Below are positions 24,228 to 36,300 of a stretch of DNA of 64,000 bases, one piece after another. The stretch is from assembly GCF_006345805.1 (NCBI RefSeq), contig NC_043005.1, forward strand, positions 102,486,001-102,550,000, read 5' to 3'. Below the pieces are notes generated by a model, which was not told where the DNA came from, did not search any database, and saw only the letters and a program-made list of their open reading frames with translations. How positions within the stretch are numbered: position 1 is the first letter of the stretch; the number at the start of each line of letters is the position of its first letter. This stretch comes from Octopus sinensis. Lineage: Eukaryota. A program made the translations under genes and the position numbers.

Positions 24228-25845
24228 CAGTTGCGGCCAAAATGTTCAGAACGGAAATGTTTTCGTCAGAAAAGTAGGTATAAGTTTTTATGAAAGTTGT
24301 TTTATATTCACAGACAATAAATACAATATTAATTGTTACTTTCTGAGATTTTGGTGTAATTTAAGAGGATAATACAAAAGTTATGGATGATTTAGTGATT
24401 TACTGCAAAACCCATGGCGGCCAAAATGATGAGAATGGTTGAAAAAAATAACAAAACAATCAAAAATGACAGAGAATACTGGAATTATTTAATATTTAGT
24501 GTGAAGCCCTTTAGCTTCAATCACACTCTGACATCTTCGACTGCATGAGGAAATTACATTTTCAATTTCTTGCTGGGTGATCTTATTCCATTCTTCCTGA
24601 AGGGCATTCCATAATTGCTCAGTTGTTTTAGGATTTCTGGCTTTCGAACGTTCTCTTAGAATATTCCACACATTTTCAATAGGATTGAGATCTGGGCTTT
24701 GAGCTGGCAAATCCATAACAATAACCTTTTCAGCCTTGAGGAAGTTCATGACCACCTTAGCCTTGTGACATGGGGCATTGACCTGCATGAATATGGGTGG
24801 TCGCTTAGTTGAATTTCACAGCACAGGCAATGCATGATCTTTTACAAGTTGTTTATAAACTCCTGCATTTACCTTTCCATGTAATCGCACCAAAGGGCCC
24901 ACACTATCTCCAGATATCATTCCCCAAACCATGACACTTCCTCCACCGAATTTAACACTAGTCTTAAGGCATTTAGGCAACAATTTTTCACCTACTTTTC
25001 TACGAACGTACCTTTTCCCATCTAAGCCAAATAGCATAAACTTAGATTCATCACTGAAATGCACCGTTCGCCATTTTTCTTGAGACCACAACACATGTTC
25101 GGTTGCAAAGGTAACACGACACTTTTTATTCTTGGAGCTGATCAGTGGCTTCACTGCAGGTGCTCTTGCTTGTAGGTCATGTTCAACTAAACGACGAGAC
25201 AGTTTTTCGAGATAAAGTTTTCTTCAATACAATGCTCATTTTCCGAGAAACAGCAGCAGCAGTTTTAAAAACTGTCCTTTTTAGCCAACTTTACCATATC
25301 ACGATCTTCTCTCTTGGTCGTTTTTCTTGGCCAACCTGTAAACCTTCTTGCTTCACACGAACCACAATCATCGTAGACCTTAAGAATACCGTGTACAACA
25401 CTTTTTGACTTGTTAACAATCTTTGCAACAGATCCAATACTTAAATTATCCTTCCTTCGAAGCTTAATAATCTGCTGACGAATTGGCAATGGAGTAAGTG
25501 GCATTATATTAACAAAGTACACTGCAAATATTCTTACTAATGTTTAGTAAACGAACCGTCACGTAAACAAATTCAAAACATTAGAGTTCGCCGGTTAAAT
25601 ATACTAAAACACGGAGTAAAAGCAACCGTTCTGATCATTTTGGCCGCCTTTGGTTTTGCAGTAAATCACTAAATCATCCATAACTTTTGTATTATCCTCT
25701 TAAATTACCCCAAAATCTCAGAAAGTAACAATTAATATTGTATTTATTGTCTGTGAAAATTATAGAATATAAAACAACTTTGATAAAAAATTATATCTAC
25801 TTTTCTGACGAAAACATTGCCATTCTGAACATTTTGGCCGCAACT
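24228..25845 (-). mobile_element. Full-length Tc1 transposon with about 210-bp IR/DR-type TIRs
   Basis: TA-CAGTTGCGGCCAAAATGTTCAGAA / TTCTGAACATTTTGGCCGCAACT-A. Arms 24228-24440 and about 25622-25845 are reverse complements. Outer (24235-54) and inner (24419-38) GGCCAAAATG repeats. Confidence 0.93.
24489..25522 (-). pseudogene. Tc1 DD34E transposase pseudogene
   Basis: HTH N-terminus, GWPRKTT, VHFSDESKF, KFGGGSVMVWG, MQVNAPCH (2nd D mutated to V), SPDLNPIEN with 34 residues to E. Stops and a frameshift. Confidence 0.92.
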
Positions 25846-25964
25846 ATATATATATATATATATATACTTTTGTGTCTGGGGGGAGCAATTTTTTTTGTGC
25901 CTTATAATTTAACACACTCACCAGTAAAATTAGTCCTCAGCCTCCATTCTCTTTTGATATAGTG

Positions 25965-26550
25965 TCTGTTTACATTTGCTTTAAGGTGTAGCGCCCCATG
26001 CAGTGTCATCAGCTTTCTCGTCCTTCTATCCAGTGTTTATATTTCCTCATTAGTCCAGTTGAGGATGGACGCACTATATCCGACCACCGTATCTGCCCAG
26101 ATATTCATTGCTGTAATCAAAATTTTTGCATTCAGGTTGGATTTCAACACCATCTTCAAACTTTTTTGATAAACTTCGCTGACCTTGTCTTTCATTCCTC
26201 TTTGTAGAATGTCATTCAGCTCCAAAATCCCTAAATATCTATACCCACTACCGTTGGGTTACTCATGATCTCTCCTGATGGTTACCGCAATTCTCTGCAG
26301 GTTGCTTTCTTCGGGTTTTTTCAGATCTTGCTTTGCCCGCATTATGCCCCTTTCAATGCGTCGGTTCCATCATGCTTTTTTGCTCCACCATTTTTTCGTT
26401 CTCTTTCGTTGTACTTCCTCCTTAACAAGTAGAGCAATAGCTCGGAGAGGATTTCGTGTTTGTGTTATGTTGGCAGTATGGTATGACAGTGTTTATTTTT
26501 TGCGTTACTTTATTTATCATGGTCCTATCTACTTTTCTCATATTCATGGG
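25965..26550 (-). pseudogene. Internally deleted R4/Dong-clade LINE fragment abutting an (ATC/ATT)n tract
   Basis: KMVLKSNLNAKILITAMNIWADTVVGYSASILNW (thumb region, cf. AVLKSELNARNKVLAINSLAVPVVTYS) joined to an N-terminal-like segment. Repeat at 26555-26605. Confidence 0.7.
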
Positions 26551-27965
26551 GGAATTATCATTATTATCATCATCATCATCATCATTATTATTATTATTAT
26601 TATTGCATTTTGCCCGTCTTCATTCTGGTTAAAAATTCCGTCGAGTTCGATTTTATCTTTCATTTTTCGGAGGCGATAAAAAGACTACTACTTGAGCTCT
26701 GGGATCGATGAAATCAAAATCGACTTACACTCTCCTCCGAAATTGTTGGCCTCCTACCAAAAAGTTGAAATTATTATTATCATTGTTATATTCTTTTTCT
26801 TCCAGTTCCTACTTTTGTCCTTTTTGGTGTTGAGTCACTTTGGATATGTACTTTTAGCGTGTTGACGCAAACTGGACCCAGATTACCGAGCTGAATATAT
26901 TGTAAATAGAATTAAACTTACATGGATTATATTCCATTGTAACACATTTCAAATATAAAGATATTGGCTTACCTCATTTGTTGTATAAATATGGTTTAAC
27001 ATGTAACTTAATTCTGATGTCTATATCTGTGTCCGACTTTATATGCTCATTTCATTAAACCAGTATAAAATCTAACGATTAATTAACAAGTGCAGATTCA
27101 TTAAATGCCGTGTTGATTTTTCATAGCTCAAACTTGTAAAGTAGGCAATATATTTAAACGGAATTTCTACCTTTATTATCCAGTTGGACAAATTCTTCTG
27201 AAGATATCTTTATATCTGACTGATAAATTAAACATGGCGTGTAATGACTATATTTGTTTCTTTCTTAGTCAACATTCAAGAAATTTAAACAACATTGAAA
27301 TCCAATGTTTCTCTTCACTCTTGTTAATAATAGTTGTCATTTGTGAATTTGTATTTTTTATTTCCAGCATTAAATTTTATTGCAGTAAAGTTTTGATCGA
27401 GAATCCATTTGTTTTTCTTATTTTTTTTAAAGTTAACTATTTTTCTGTCACATCAGTGATTACCGTCTGGTTAGCACTCCGTGTTGCATGGTTAATATAA
27501 AATGATATCTGATGAAAAGAAGTCTGCACTAAATTTCTATTCTATAGTATGTCTTCTCTGATACATGTGATAATTACATAGCTAGATCCTGATATGCTAG
27601 TTTATGGCAAAATTTATAATATTCACAGTTAAAATTAATAATATTCACAATTAATTTATCACATCAGGTAAATTACAATTGAGCCTTAAAGCTTCAGAAG
27701 ACTAATAAAACTAGTATTCTCCCCCATTAAATTCTCTAGTGACCATCACCTTATGTTTATTTACTTTTGATGATGAAAATAAAATATAGAGACTCTTCAG
27801 AATATATGGGTAGAAATATGTAGTTATAATGATTTGTTAGTGCACATATACTTATATCAAGTAACCCAAATTTCCCAAACAATCAGAGGAGATCACCATA
27901 ACATATTCTACTTTATTTACATTATTTAAGTTTGACGGCTATTTGTCCTCATCTTGTCTGTTGTT

Positions 27966-28011
27966 AACACAACGTTTCGGCTGATATACCCTCCAGCCTT
28001 CATCAGGTGTC
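27966..28011 (-). ncRNA. Minimal type I hammerhead ribozyme
   Basis: Minus strand: GACAC-CTGATGA-A-GGCTG-GAGGGTATAT-CAGCC-GAAA-C-GTT-GTGTT. Loopless palindromic stem III (ACGT); GUU triplet. Confidence 0.75.
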
Positions 28012-28060
28012 TTGGGAAATTTCGATGTTGTTGTTGTTGTTGTTATTATTATTATTATTA

Positions 28061-28106
<46 letters not shown>

Positions 28107-28110
<4 letters not shown>

Positions 28111-28153
28111 TCACTGCCTGGAATCGAACTCGGAATCTTGGGGTTAGTAGCCC
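28107..28153 (-). mobile_element. 5'-truncated tRNA-derived head of the hammerhead element
   Basis: Minus strand GGGCTACTAACCCCAAGATTCCGAGTTCGATTCCAGGCAGTGACCTG: anticodon-arm-like GGG-CTACTAA-CCC and B-box GTTCGATTCC, followed by (AAT/AAC)n. No A-box. Confidence 0.7.
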
Positions 28154-28159
28154 AAAATC

Positions 28160-28305
28160 GAAAAGTAACATCGAAAACTACCTTAGGGATGAAAACCCAG
28201 GTTCGAAATTTCCCCAAGACACCTGATGAAGGCTGGAGGGTATATCAGCCGAAACAACAAACAAGATGAGGACAAATATCCGTCACATGTAAATAATGGA
28301 AATAA
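28160..28305 (+). mobile_element. Inverted partner copy with a truncated hammerhead
   Basis: GACACCTGATGAAGGCTGGAGGGTATATCAGCCGAAAC (28218-55) is intact, but the GTTGTGTTAAC cleavage-site half is deleted. The tail matches 27915-27960 in reverse. Confidence 0.85.
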
Positions 28306-29264
28306 TGGAAATACTTCCTCAACTCTTAATTATAGAGCTGTATAACATACCGTGTTGCAACATGTATATCTGTATCTTTTGTCAGGTTTTGATAGTTTTA
28401 GATGTACAAAATTCTGCAATTTTTGCTGAGCCGACTCGAAGCGTTGTTAAAAAAACACTTGTCTAAGATGATATCTCGGGTTTTAGCTTTTGGCACCAAT
28501 TTAGAAGCTTATTAGAGACGAGCTTATCTCGGTTCTCATATTTAAGATCCGAGAGTACAATGCCCACCTTGAGACAAGCCTGATATGGGATGGCATTTCA
28601 TACAATAATTAATGCCTACCTCATACTAGCACGGGTTTTCAATTGAGAAGAGCCGAGTAACGCGAAAAGAAGTGATTTTCTCAAGAAGAAACAGGCTGCT
28701 TGATCTTGGAATGGAAACCGCAATTTTGTTAGAGGAGCCACCCACATTCACACAAGCTATCGTTAGGCACAACGAATTCAGAATCACATGGTTCGGAAAT
28801 AAAGTGTTTAACCACACACTCTTGTTTACATTTGAAACATTACTACGCGTATTACCATTCAATGATCATTAATTCTAAGCAATTGTAAATTCTAGATGTT
28901 TCTTTCGATATTTATCCAAATATAAACAAACATTTATTCCTATACAAAGATCCTTTTACATTTGCTTTTATGTCTGTTTCGCTCTTTCTCTTTGTTACTG
29001 ACTTTCTATCTACATCCTCAACTTCTGTTTTCCCTCTCGATTCCTTTCTCTCTGTATGTATTTATATTAATTTCTGTGACTCTATCTTTCTCTGTTTCTC
29101 CCATGAGCACAAAAACAAGTTTCAAAATATTTAGATATGTGTTGATATGCATAATGGTTTTGTTCATAGTTGTGAGAATTATGCATTCATAGAAGCGTAC
29201 ACACATACAGACACACATACTTATATGCATGTATATTAGTATACATATACGTATACGTAAGTAT

Positions 29265-29297
<33 letters not shown>

Positions 29298-29339
29298 GAG
29301 AGAGAGATAGTCAGATAGAGAGAGACATACAGACAGACA

Positions 29340-29470
<131 letters not shown>

Positions 29471-30714
29471 ATTGATACAGATGCAGACATGCATACAAAG
29501 ACAACGACTCACGCAGACACGCAGAGCACAAACACACAAACTCGCACGCTCATACATATATGCAAATACATGTGTGCATATGTGATAATGCATATATTGG
29601 ACAGAATTGCTATGTCACCCTATGTGTATGTCTTTCAGTCTTTTTACACAATTATTTATTAATCATATTGAAAAAATTGAATGACTAGAAAAATAAACGA
29701 AGAAAATATATCACTGTTAAAATATCTCTACGTTATTTCCTAGGAAATTATCCAATATAATTATGAAGAAAATATATCACTTCTTCTACAAGGAAATATA
29801 TTTCAATATAGAAACGCAACGCCATTTGGATTTGCTTTGATTCTTTATTTTTGCATTATTTTTCATTTTAATACTTTACTTCTCTGACAAAGAAATTATA
29901 CTGATTCTTTCTCTAAATGAAAGAAATGCAAAATGGATCTATATCATACGTGCGAATATTCAATTTGAATTTTTATTTGAAAAAACGAAACAGATTAAAA
30001 TGATATGCAAGCATTCACATATTTGCCAAGTTTATAGTAATTTCAATGTACATTGTTGCGTTTGCACACATTGATTTGTGGAGCTGTGTGTGGCGTAGTG
30101 ATGCCCTAAATTATCTGTGAATCGAATCTAATTTTCGAGATCTGTTTCTGGAGCTGGATGCTCAACTGATTACATGCACTGATATAGAATTTCAATTCAG
30201 GAATACTTTTATCGCGCCAATAACTTATATGTTCATAAAATATCGGTTTCCTTTTATTTTTCTTTTATAATGGTTTATTTTCTTGTATAAACCTATGCTA
30301 TATTCCTATGTAGTAGGTTACCTATCCTCAAATTAGTTCTAAGTTTGAACATGCTATCTTTTCTTAGGACAGTGGGTATTTAGGATAATGTTGCGTTTGG
30401 TTTATAGTAAAAAAAGAGTGTCTTTTAATGGTTATTTTTTCACTATTTCAAGCATATTGTCTAACCACAGACAGGAATGGAGAAAGTAAACGGCAAATCG
30501 GAGAGTTGCGAGGGGAATGTTGTAAGTAGAGATCGGTAAGTTTTAAAGGCTTTTGAAAATGTCCTTCTATCATGATATCAAATATTATACAACTTGTGAT
30601 GTTACTGCATGACGTGTTTACAGAACACACTAATAGTCAAACCAATTGCTACTTCAAGCGAATTCTCTTGAGCAACTTCCAATTAACTTTTAACTAAAGA
30701 TTTTTATGTATACT

Positions 30715-31085
30715 GAGAAATGCTTAGCAGTATTTCGTCTGTCGATACGTTCTGAGTTCAAATTCCGCCGAGGTCGACTTTACCCTTCATCCTTTCGGGG
30801 GGTCGATTAAATAAGTACCAGTTACGCACTGGGGTCGATATAATCGACTTAATCAGTTTGTCTGTCCTTGTTTGTACTCTCTCTGTTTAGCCCCTTGTGG
30901 GTAGTAAAGAAAGAGGTATTTCGTCTATCTTACTGTTCTGAGTTCAAATTTCGCCGAGGTCGACTTTGTCTTTTATCCTTTCTGGGTCGATAAATTAAGT
31001 ACTAGTCGCGTATTGGGGTCGATATAATCTACTGGACCTCTCCCACCGAAAATTTCTGGCCTTGTGCCTAGAGTAGAGAAGAATA
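30715..31085 (+). mobile_element. Two SINE family B bodies, nested or dimeric
   Basis: Body motif occurs twice. GTATTTCGTCT is duplicated at 30730-40 and 30916-26; the two 3' tails differ. Confidence 0.85.
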
Positions 31086-31171
31086 GTATTGACACACATG
31101 TAGGATGTATACTCTGTTTAAAATGCTATTTGTTGTGTAGCAGAATAACATTTTTCTTTCAATATTTATGA

Positions 31172-31600
31172 TTGAATAAGGCGGCGAGCTGGCAGAAAGG
31201 TTAGCACGGCAGGTGAAATGCTGAAAGGCATTTCGTCTATATTTACGTTCTGAGTTCAAATTCCGCCGACGTCCACTTTGCCTTTCATCCTATCTGGGTC
31301 GATAAATTAAATACCAGCTCTGTACTGGGATCGATCTAATCGACTTACCCCGCCTCTCCCAAAATTTAGGGCCTTGTTCCTAGAGTAGAAAAGAATATTT
31401 AAGATTGAATAAAGACGTCGAGTTGGCAGAAATGTTAACACGCCGGGTGCTGTGTTCAAATTCCGCTGAGGTCGAGTTTCCCTTTCATCCTTCCGAGGTC
31501 GATACATTAAATACCAGTTGCGTGCTGGGATCGAACTAATCGACTTGCCACTCCCCCAAAGTTTCGACCCTAGTTCCTAGAGTAGAAAGGAATATTTATG
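31172..31600 (+). mobile_element. Two tandem SINE family B copies
   Basis: AAGGCGGCGAGCTGGCAGAA heads at about 31178 and 31410; tails CCTAGAGTAGAAA. Confidence 0.85.
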
Positions 31601-32094
31601 ATTGCATAGTTTTACGAGACTAAGCACCATTAATCACCAGAAATCACTAGTATTTTTACTGTAATTGCTGATATTTATATTTCTAAATTTTCCTTATTAA
31701 AAATAGTATCTTCATTTCGACATATATCAATCTCCTGTTGACCGTTGTTGTTGTGCAGAGAGTAACCATAACAAATCACGACTGTGACAAAGATTCAAAT
31801 CGCTAAAGATGTTTGTATCTCTCACACTATGTCTCTAACTAAGGTTGATGTCTACATACTCTGGGTATGCCCCTGATTTACACGCTAATCTCATGAAACT
31901 CATTACGTCCCGCATATCCCTCTATAGCCAATAGCGTTTATGAGTGATTGATATGATATTTCTATTCATATAAATGTAACCAAATACTACACTGGTTGAT
32001 ATCAATGATGATTTATTTTTATACTTTTCATTATGCTTACTGAAACGATAGCATGAACATTCCATATTCTGTATCCAAATTGTGTACCACGAAC

Positions 32095-32327
32095 GAAGGC
32101 GACGAGCTGGCAGAACCGTTAGCACGCCGGGCGAAATGCGTAGCCGTTTTTCGTCTGCCGCTACGATCTGAGTTCAAATTCCACCGAGATCGACTTTGGC
32201 TTTCATCCATTCGAGGTCGATAAATTAAGTAGCAGTTACGCACTGAGGTCGATGTAATCGACTTGATCTGTTTGTCTGTCCATGTTTGTCCTTTCTGTGT
32301 TTAGCCCCTTGTGGCTAGTTAAAATTA
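32095..32327 (+). mobile_element. Full-length SINE family B with an 18-bp TSD
   Basis: TSD AAATTGTGTACCACGAAC at 32077-32094 and 32328-32345. The central CCTTTCATCC..GGTCGATAAA..AGTA.CAG block resembles the Meta/MESC SINE domain (from recall, unverified). Confidence 0.92.
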
Positions 32328-32719
32328 AAATTGTGTACCACGAACTGGATTAGCTAATTTGCATTATCCTGAAATACTTGCGTTAGGTTGGAAGAAGGTG
32401 AACTGCAATTTCTAGAAGAGTTTGGAACCATATTGAGGTTTCCGTTTGCCTCGATTAACAATTCTCCTTATAATGTTGCTTTATTCAGTTTATAGCTATT
32501 TTAATTTTGACCTACATATTTTTATTCATAGCAGTAATTGCGTATATCATTTGGCCTTACTACAAAGATTTTAAGTGGCAAGATATGCTATTACAAAATA
32601 TAAAGATTATTTTTTGATGCAACTTTATTCTGCACGTGATTATCAATATCATATTTTAAAATGCATTCAGATTCTTGTCAACCATGAAGATGCAATCGGT
32701 TTTTAATTGTAGCTCAAGG

Positions 32720-32880
32720 GTCCATCATTATGTTTTGAGTTCAAATTCACCCGACACCGACTTTGATTTTCATCCTTCCAGGTTCGATGAAATAGTACCA
32801 TTGGAGCACTGAATTGATAATTCACCTACCCACTCCAACCAAATATCAGGCCTTGTGCCTATAGCAGAAGGAATTATTTT
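32720..32880 (+). mobile_element. Degenerate SINE family B
   Basis: TTTTGAGTTCAAATTC..CGACTTTG..TTCATCCTTCCAGGTTCGAT..CAGGCCTTGTGCCTATAG. Confidence 0.7.
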
Positions 32881-34939
32881 TCGATAAATTCGTTTTTCCC
32901 CAAACGGTAACATACGGCAATAGTGAACCAAGTAGTAATTTGCCTGAAATTTTTAGCTGCCAGGGCTCCATCTTGAGCTCTATAAGTGAATGAACTTCCA
33001 ATATCATTACTATCACATCTCATTCAACCCGTGAAATATAATGAACAAATTTTAAAAACCCAGTGTATATATAAACGAAAATATTATTAATCTATGGACA
33101 TTGTCTTTGATATGTCTAAATTTTGAATATAACTTGTCATAAATAAAAATGATTTTACGAAATATTAATCTTTTTTATAATAAAATGGCTTAATATTGAT
33201 TCAAAATTTTAAAATTGTTCGATATTTACTTCTGTTCAGAGTTATGACGTAACTCTGAGTTGGTATGTTCAGTAGCAGACTGGGCATCAACTAACGACTT
33301 TCACTAGAATATATTTCTGGTATAATGTAAATATACAACCACTACGTAGAGCAATTACAACTGCTAGAAATATACTCGTAGATAGAAATGATAATAAATA
33401 TTTCGTTTTGAAAGAATAGTTTATTATAAATAAATTATACAACTTAAAAATCTTTTTATCCCTATTTTACTGCATACATTTTTTTTCAAAACTTTTGTAA
33501 TTGAGGGGACAATGATCAAAATTAATTCAGCTATGACCTCTTCGTCATTTATCTGGCCTAGTATGAACAAAGTTACTTATTAAATGTGCCAAGTCTTTTG
33601 TAAGAGAGTGAGATATGAAAGGAATTCAGCTGCTATTTCTACCTGGTCTAGTATCTACATAATCCTCCCTGCATATTTCTTTTTATATCCACTGATGAGA
33701 TGCGACCTTCTTACCCCCGTGGAGATAAAAGCCTAAAAAAAAGTAATACGTTAAATGCTATCAACAATGGCAACAGATTGAAGAAGTACGATAAAATTGA
33801 GAAGGCAAATCACTAGATATTAGGGAATAATATGGAAAATTGTACATCTCTCTGTCATGCTAAATAATTGACATATAATGTCAAACGTTTAATTTGAGGC
33901 TTGGTTTTCTGCAGTGACAGGTTCATTAACGTAGGACTTGATGTGTGGGAAACTAACGTTTTCTTCAGGGAAGGGAGTTATATGTCAGTCGAACGGTAGG
34001 GACATGGAGAGATATGAAGGGTTATCAAGGTTTGTCAAGGGAGATTAATAGTAACAGCGTTCCATCTGATATGGCAGGCGGCATTCTAATTTATATACAG
34101 TGGAACCACAATAATTTCATGGCGTTTTCTTTCTCTTTCAAGATTTAGGAAAAGGAGTGGGAATTTGTGAAAGAATTATGCGACATAAGAAAAAATCGTA
34201 TCTGAGAGTGTAAACCCGAGTGAAAGAAGTGAAAGAAGTAAATAGGGTTATAAGTATAAATATTTTGATATTGAGTTTCATGAGACCCATGACAGGTGAT
34301 GGAGATCATAAATCTTCGTGAGTGACGTGAACCACAGTAGGAAATTCTGTGGGGAAGATAGTAAAAAAAATTGATTGACGTTTAGAAATTACACACAAAC
34401 ACTGAATTATACATGAGTACACAAACATAAACACTCATACACGCGCGCGAGAGAGAGCACACACATGTACGTACAATAGCATCCAGACAAATCTCTAGAT
34501 GTCAGCATCGGAACGCATTCATTAGATATACACATAGGTATCTTGTCAGAAATATATCTATATATATTATATATTATATATATAAACCCATATATATATA
34601 TACAAAGCCACAAATGTTCACAAATGCGATTATATATATGTATATATGTGTGCGTGTGTGCATGTATATATGAATACATTATGCATATAAATATCATTCA
34701 AAATATAAATAATTATGCAGAAATACAAACATAAGCATATTTGTTTTTGCATATGTGTGTCTGCCTGTGCAAGTATGTATGTATGTATGTATGTATGTAT
34801 GTGCTAATGTCTGAATACTATCGAGAATGGCTTTAGATATGACATATGTGATATTTATATTTATCAGGTGTAATCTGCAATTCAAAGGAAGTCAGTCCTC
34901 AATCTTTGGTGTACAGTGAATTTTGATGTCTGTTATATA

Positions 34940-35099
<160 letters not shown>

Positions 35100-35649
35100 A
35101 CTTATTTACCCTGCCACCACTACCACCAAATATACATCTTTTACATGGTAGCATACATATATACATGTGTGCGTATATATATATATATATATATTGCATA
35201 CTCACATATTTACATATAATATATACAGCAAGCTGACAAGGAAACGAATTAGCCCCATTGATTTAGTTCATAGAAGCTGAAGAATTTACTACATTCAATT
35301 CTAATACAGCAACGCTCTAGCGTTTGGGATTCCTATTTTAATAGGTGTCATTTATAAAAAAGAAAGCTAATGGTGGGTTAGGATTTATAGATTCCATTCT
35401 ATGTATTCTTTTTAGCTTGTTCTCCTAATACTATGATCTGAAATGTTTTCTGTGCTGTCTTGTGAGAAGTCAATATATCCCGGTTGACACCTAGTACAAT
35501 ACGTTACAGTGCAGTCTATTGAATCAAATATAACTACAATTCTTCTTCAGAATTTCGTGTTTTACCCTATGTTTATCGATATTATTTATGCTTCAACAAT
35601 GCAATATTTCTTCATATATTTTGCCGCTGGACATTTTCTCTTATGTCTC

Positions 35650-36300
35650 GAAGCAAGAATGAATAACAGCATCCATGATAGTTTGACGGCTCTATCTCCT
35701 AGAGTGGCAGGAGAAACCTGGTCCAAATGCTTGCATTGGGGAAGAGTTTCTTACAGGTATTCATGGACTAGGTAGTTAAGTCAAGCTTGATTTCGGATTA
35801 AGCCAGTTACTTAAGAACATATATAGTCAATCTGGCAAGATCCTTCATAATTCGTGTCTCATGTAACGTACTAGGCTGGTATCTCTTCTATACACTATTT
35901 GATGAAACTCACACTGCTCGTATCGATCCAAGCCTCGATGTAGTTGAAAATGAAGAACTTTTAGCAATCTGAGTTCCCATCATATTTAGCTTAAAGGGCT
36001 TCGATCTTTTCGGACCATATCTAAGTTCACAATTCTTCAATCTATCTCATCGAATAAATGAACATACTCACAAGAGAATGCAAATACTCTTGTATGATGC
36101 AGAAAAATGCAAGTTTTTTCTCATCATAATTCTAAACCGAATAGCTCTGTCTGTTATAAAGGCTCCTGAGAATGTTGAGTAGAATCGTGCGTAGTACTAC
36201 CCAATGTCCCATGTCTGAATCATCTTCTGTTTCAAACGAGTGACCGTACTTCACAGTATACTTTCGTTTTGCCATAAATAGCTCAGAAATGTTGAGCAAG
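35650..36300 (-). pseudogene. Highly decayed RTE-like LINE 3' relic
   Basis: Minus-strand fragments TLGSTTH, DRLKNCEL and SMNTCKKLF resemble the RTE RT C-terminus; many stops. Confidence 0.4.

Noticed and set aside
28107-28153. Functional tRNA gene
   Set aside because: The acceptor 5' strand and D-arm/A-box are missing, the T-stem has mismatches, and it is followed by a microsatellite. It is a derived head, not a tRNA.
28560-28870. Weak piggyBac-like peptide (INAYLILARVF..RSDFLKK)
   Set aside because: Too short, many stops, and no TTAA-bounded TIRs found.
33685-33730. CTGATGA core match (similar ones at 1337-1346, 27508-27520, 59488-59496 and 62288-62294)
   Set aside because: No stem II closed by GAAA and no matching stem I/III in register.
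33880-34380. Purine-rich island, possibly a Penelope or LINE relic (STVYKLECRLP on the minus strand)
   Set aside because: No complete GIY-YIG or RT motif could be recovered by eye; needs tBLASTx.
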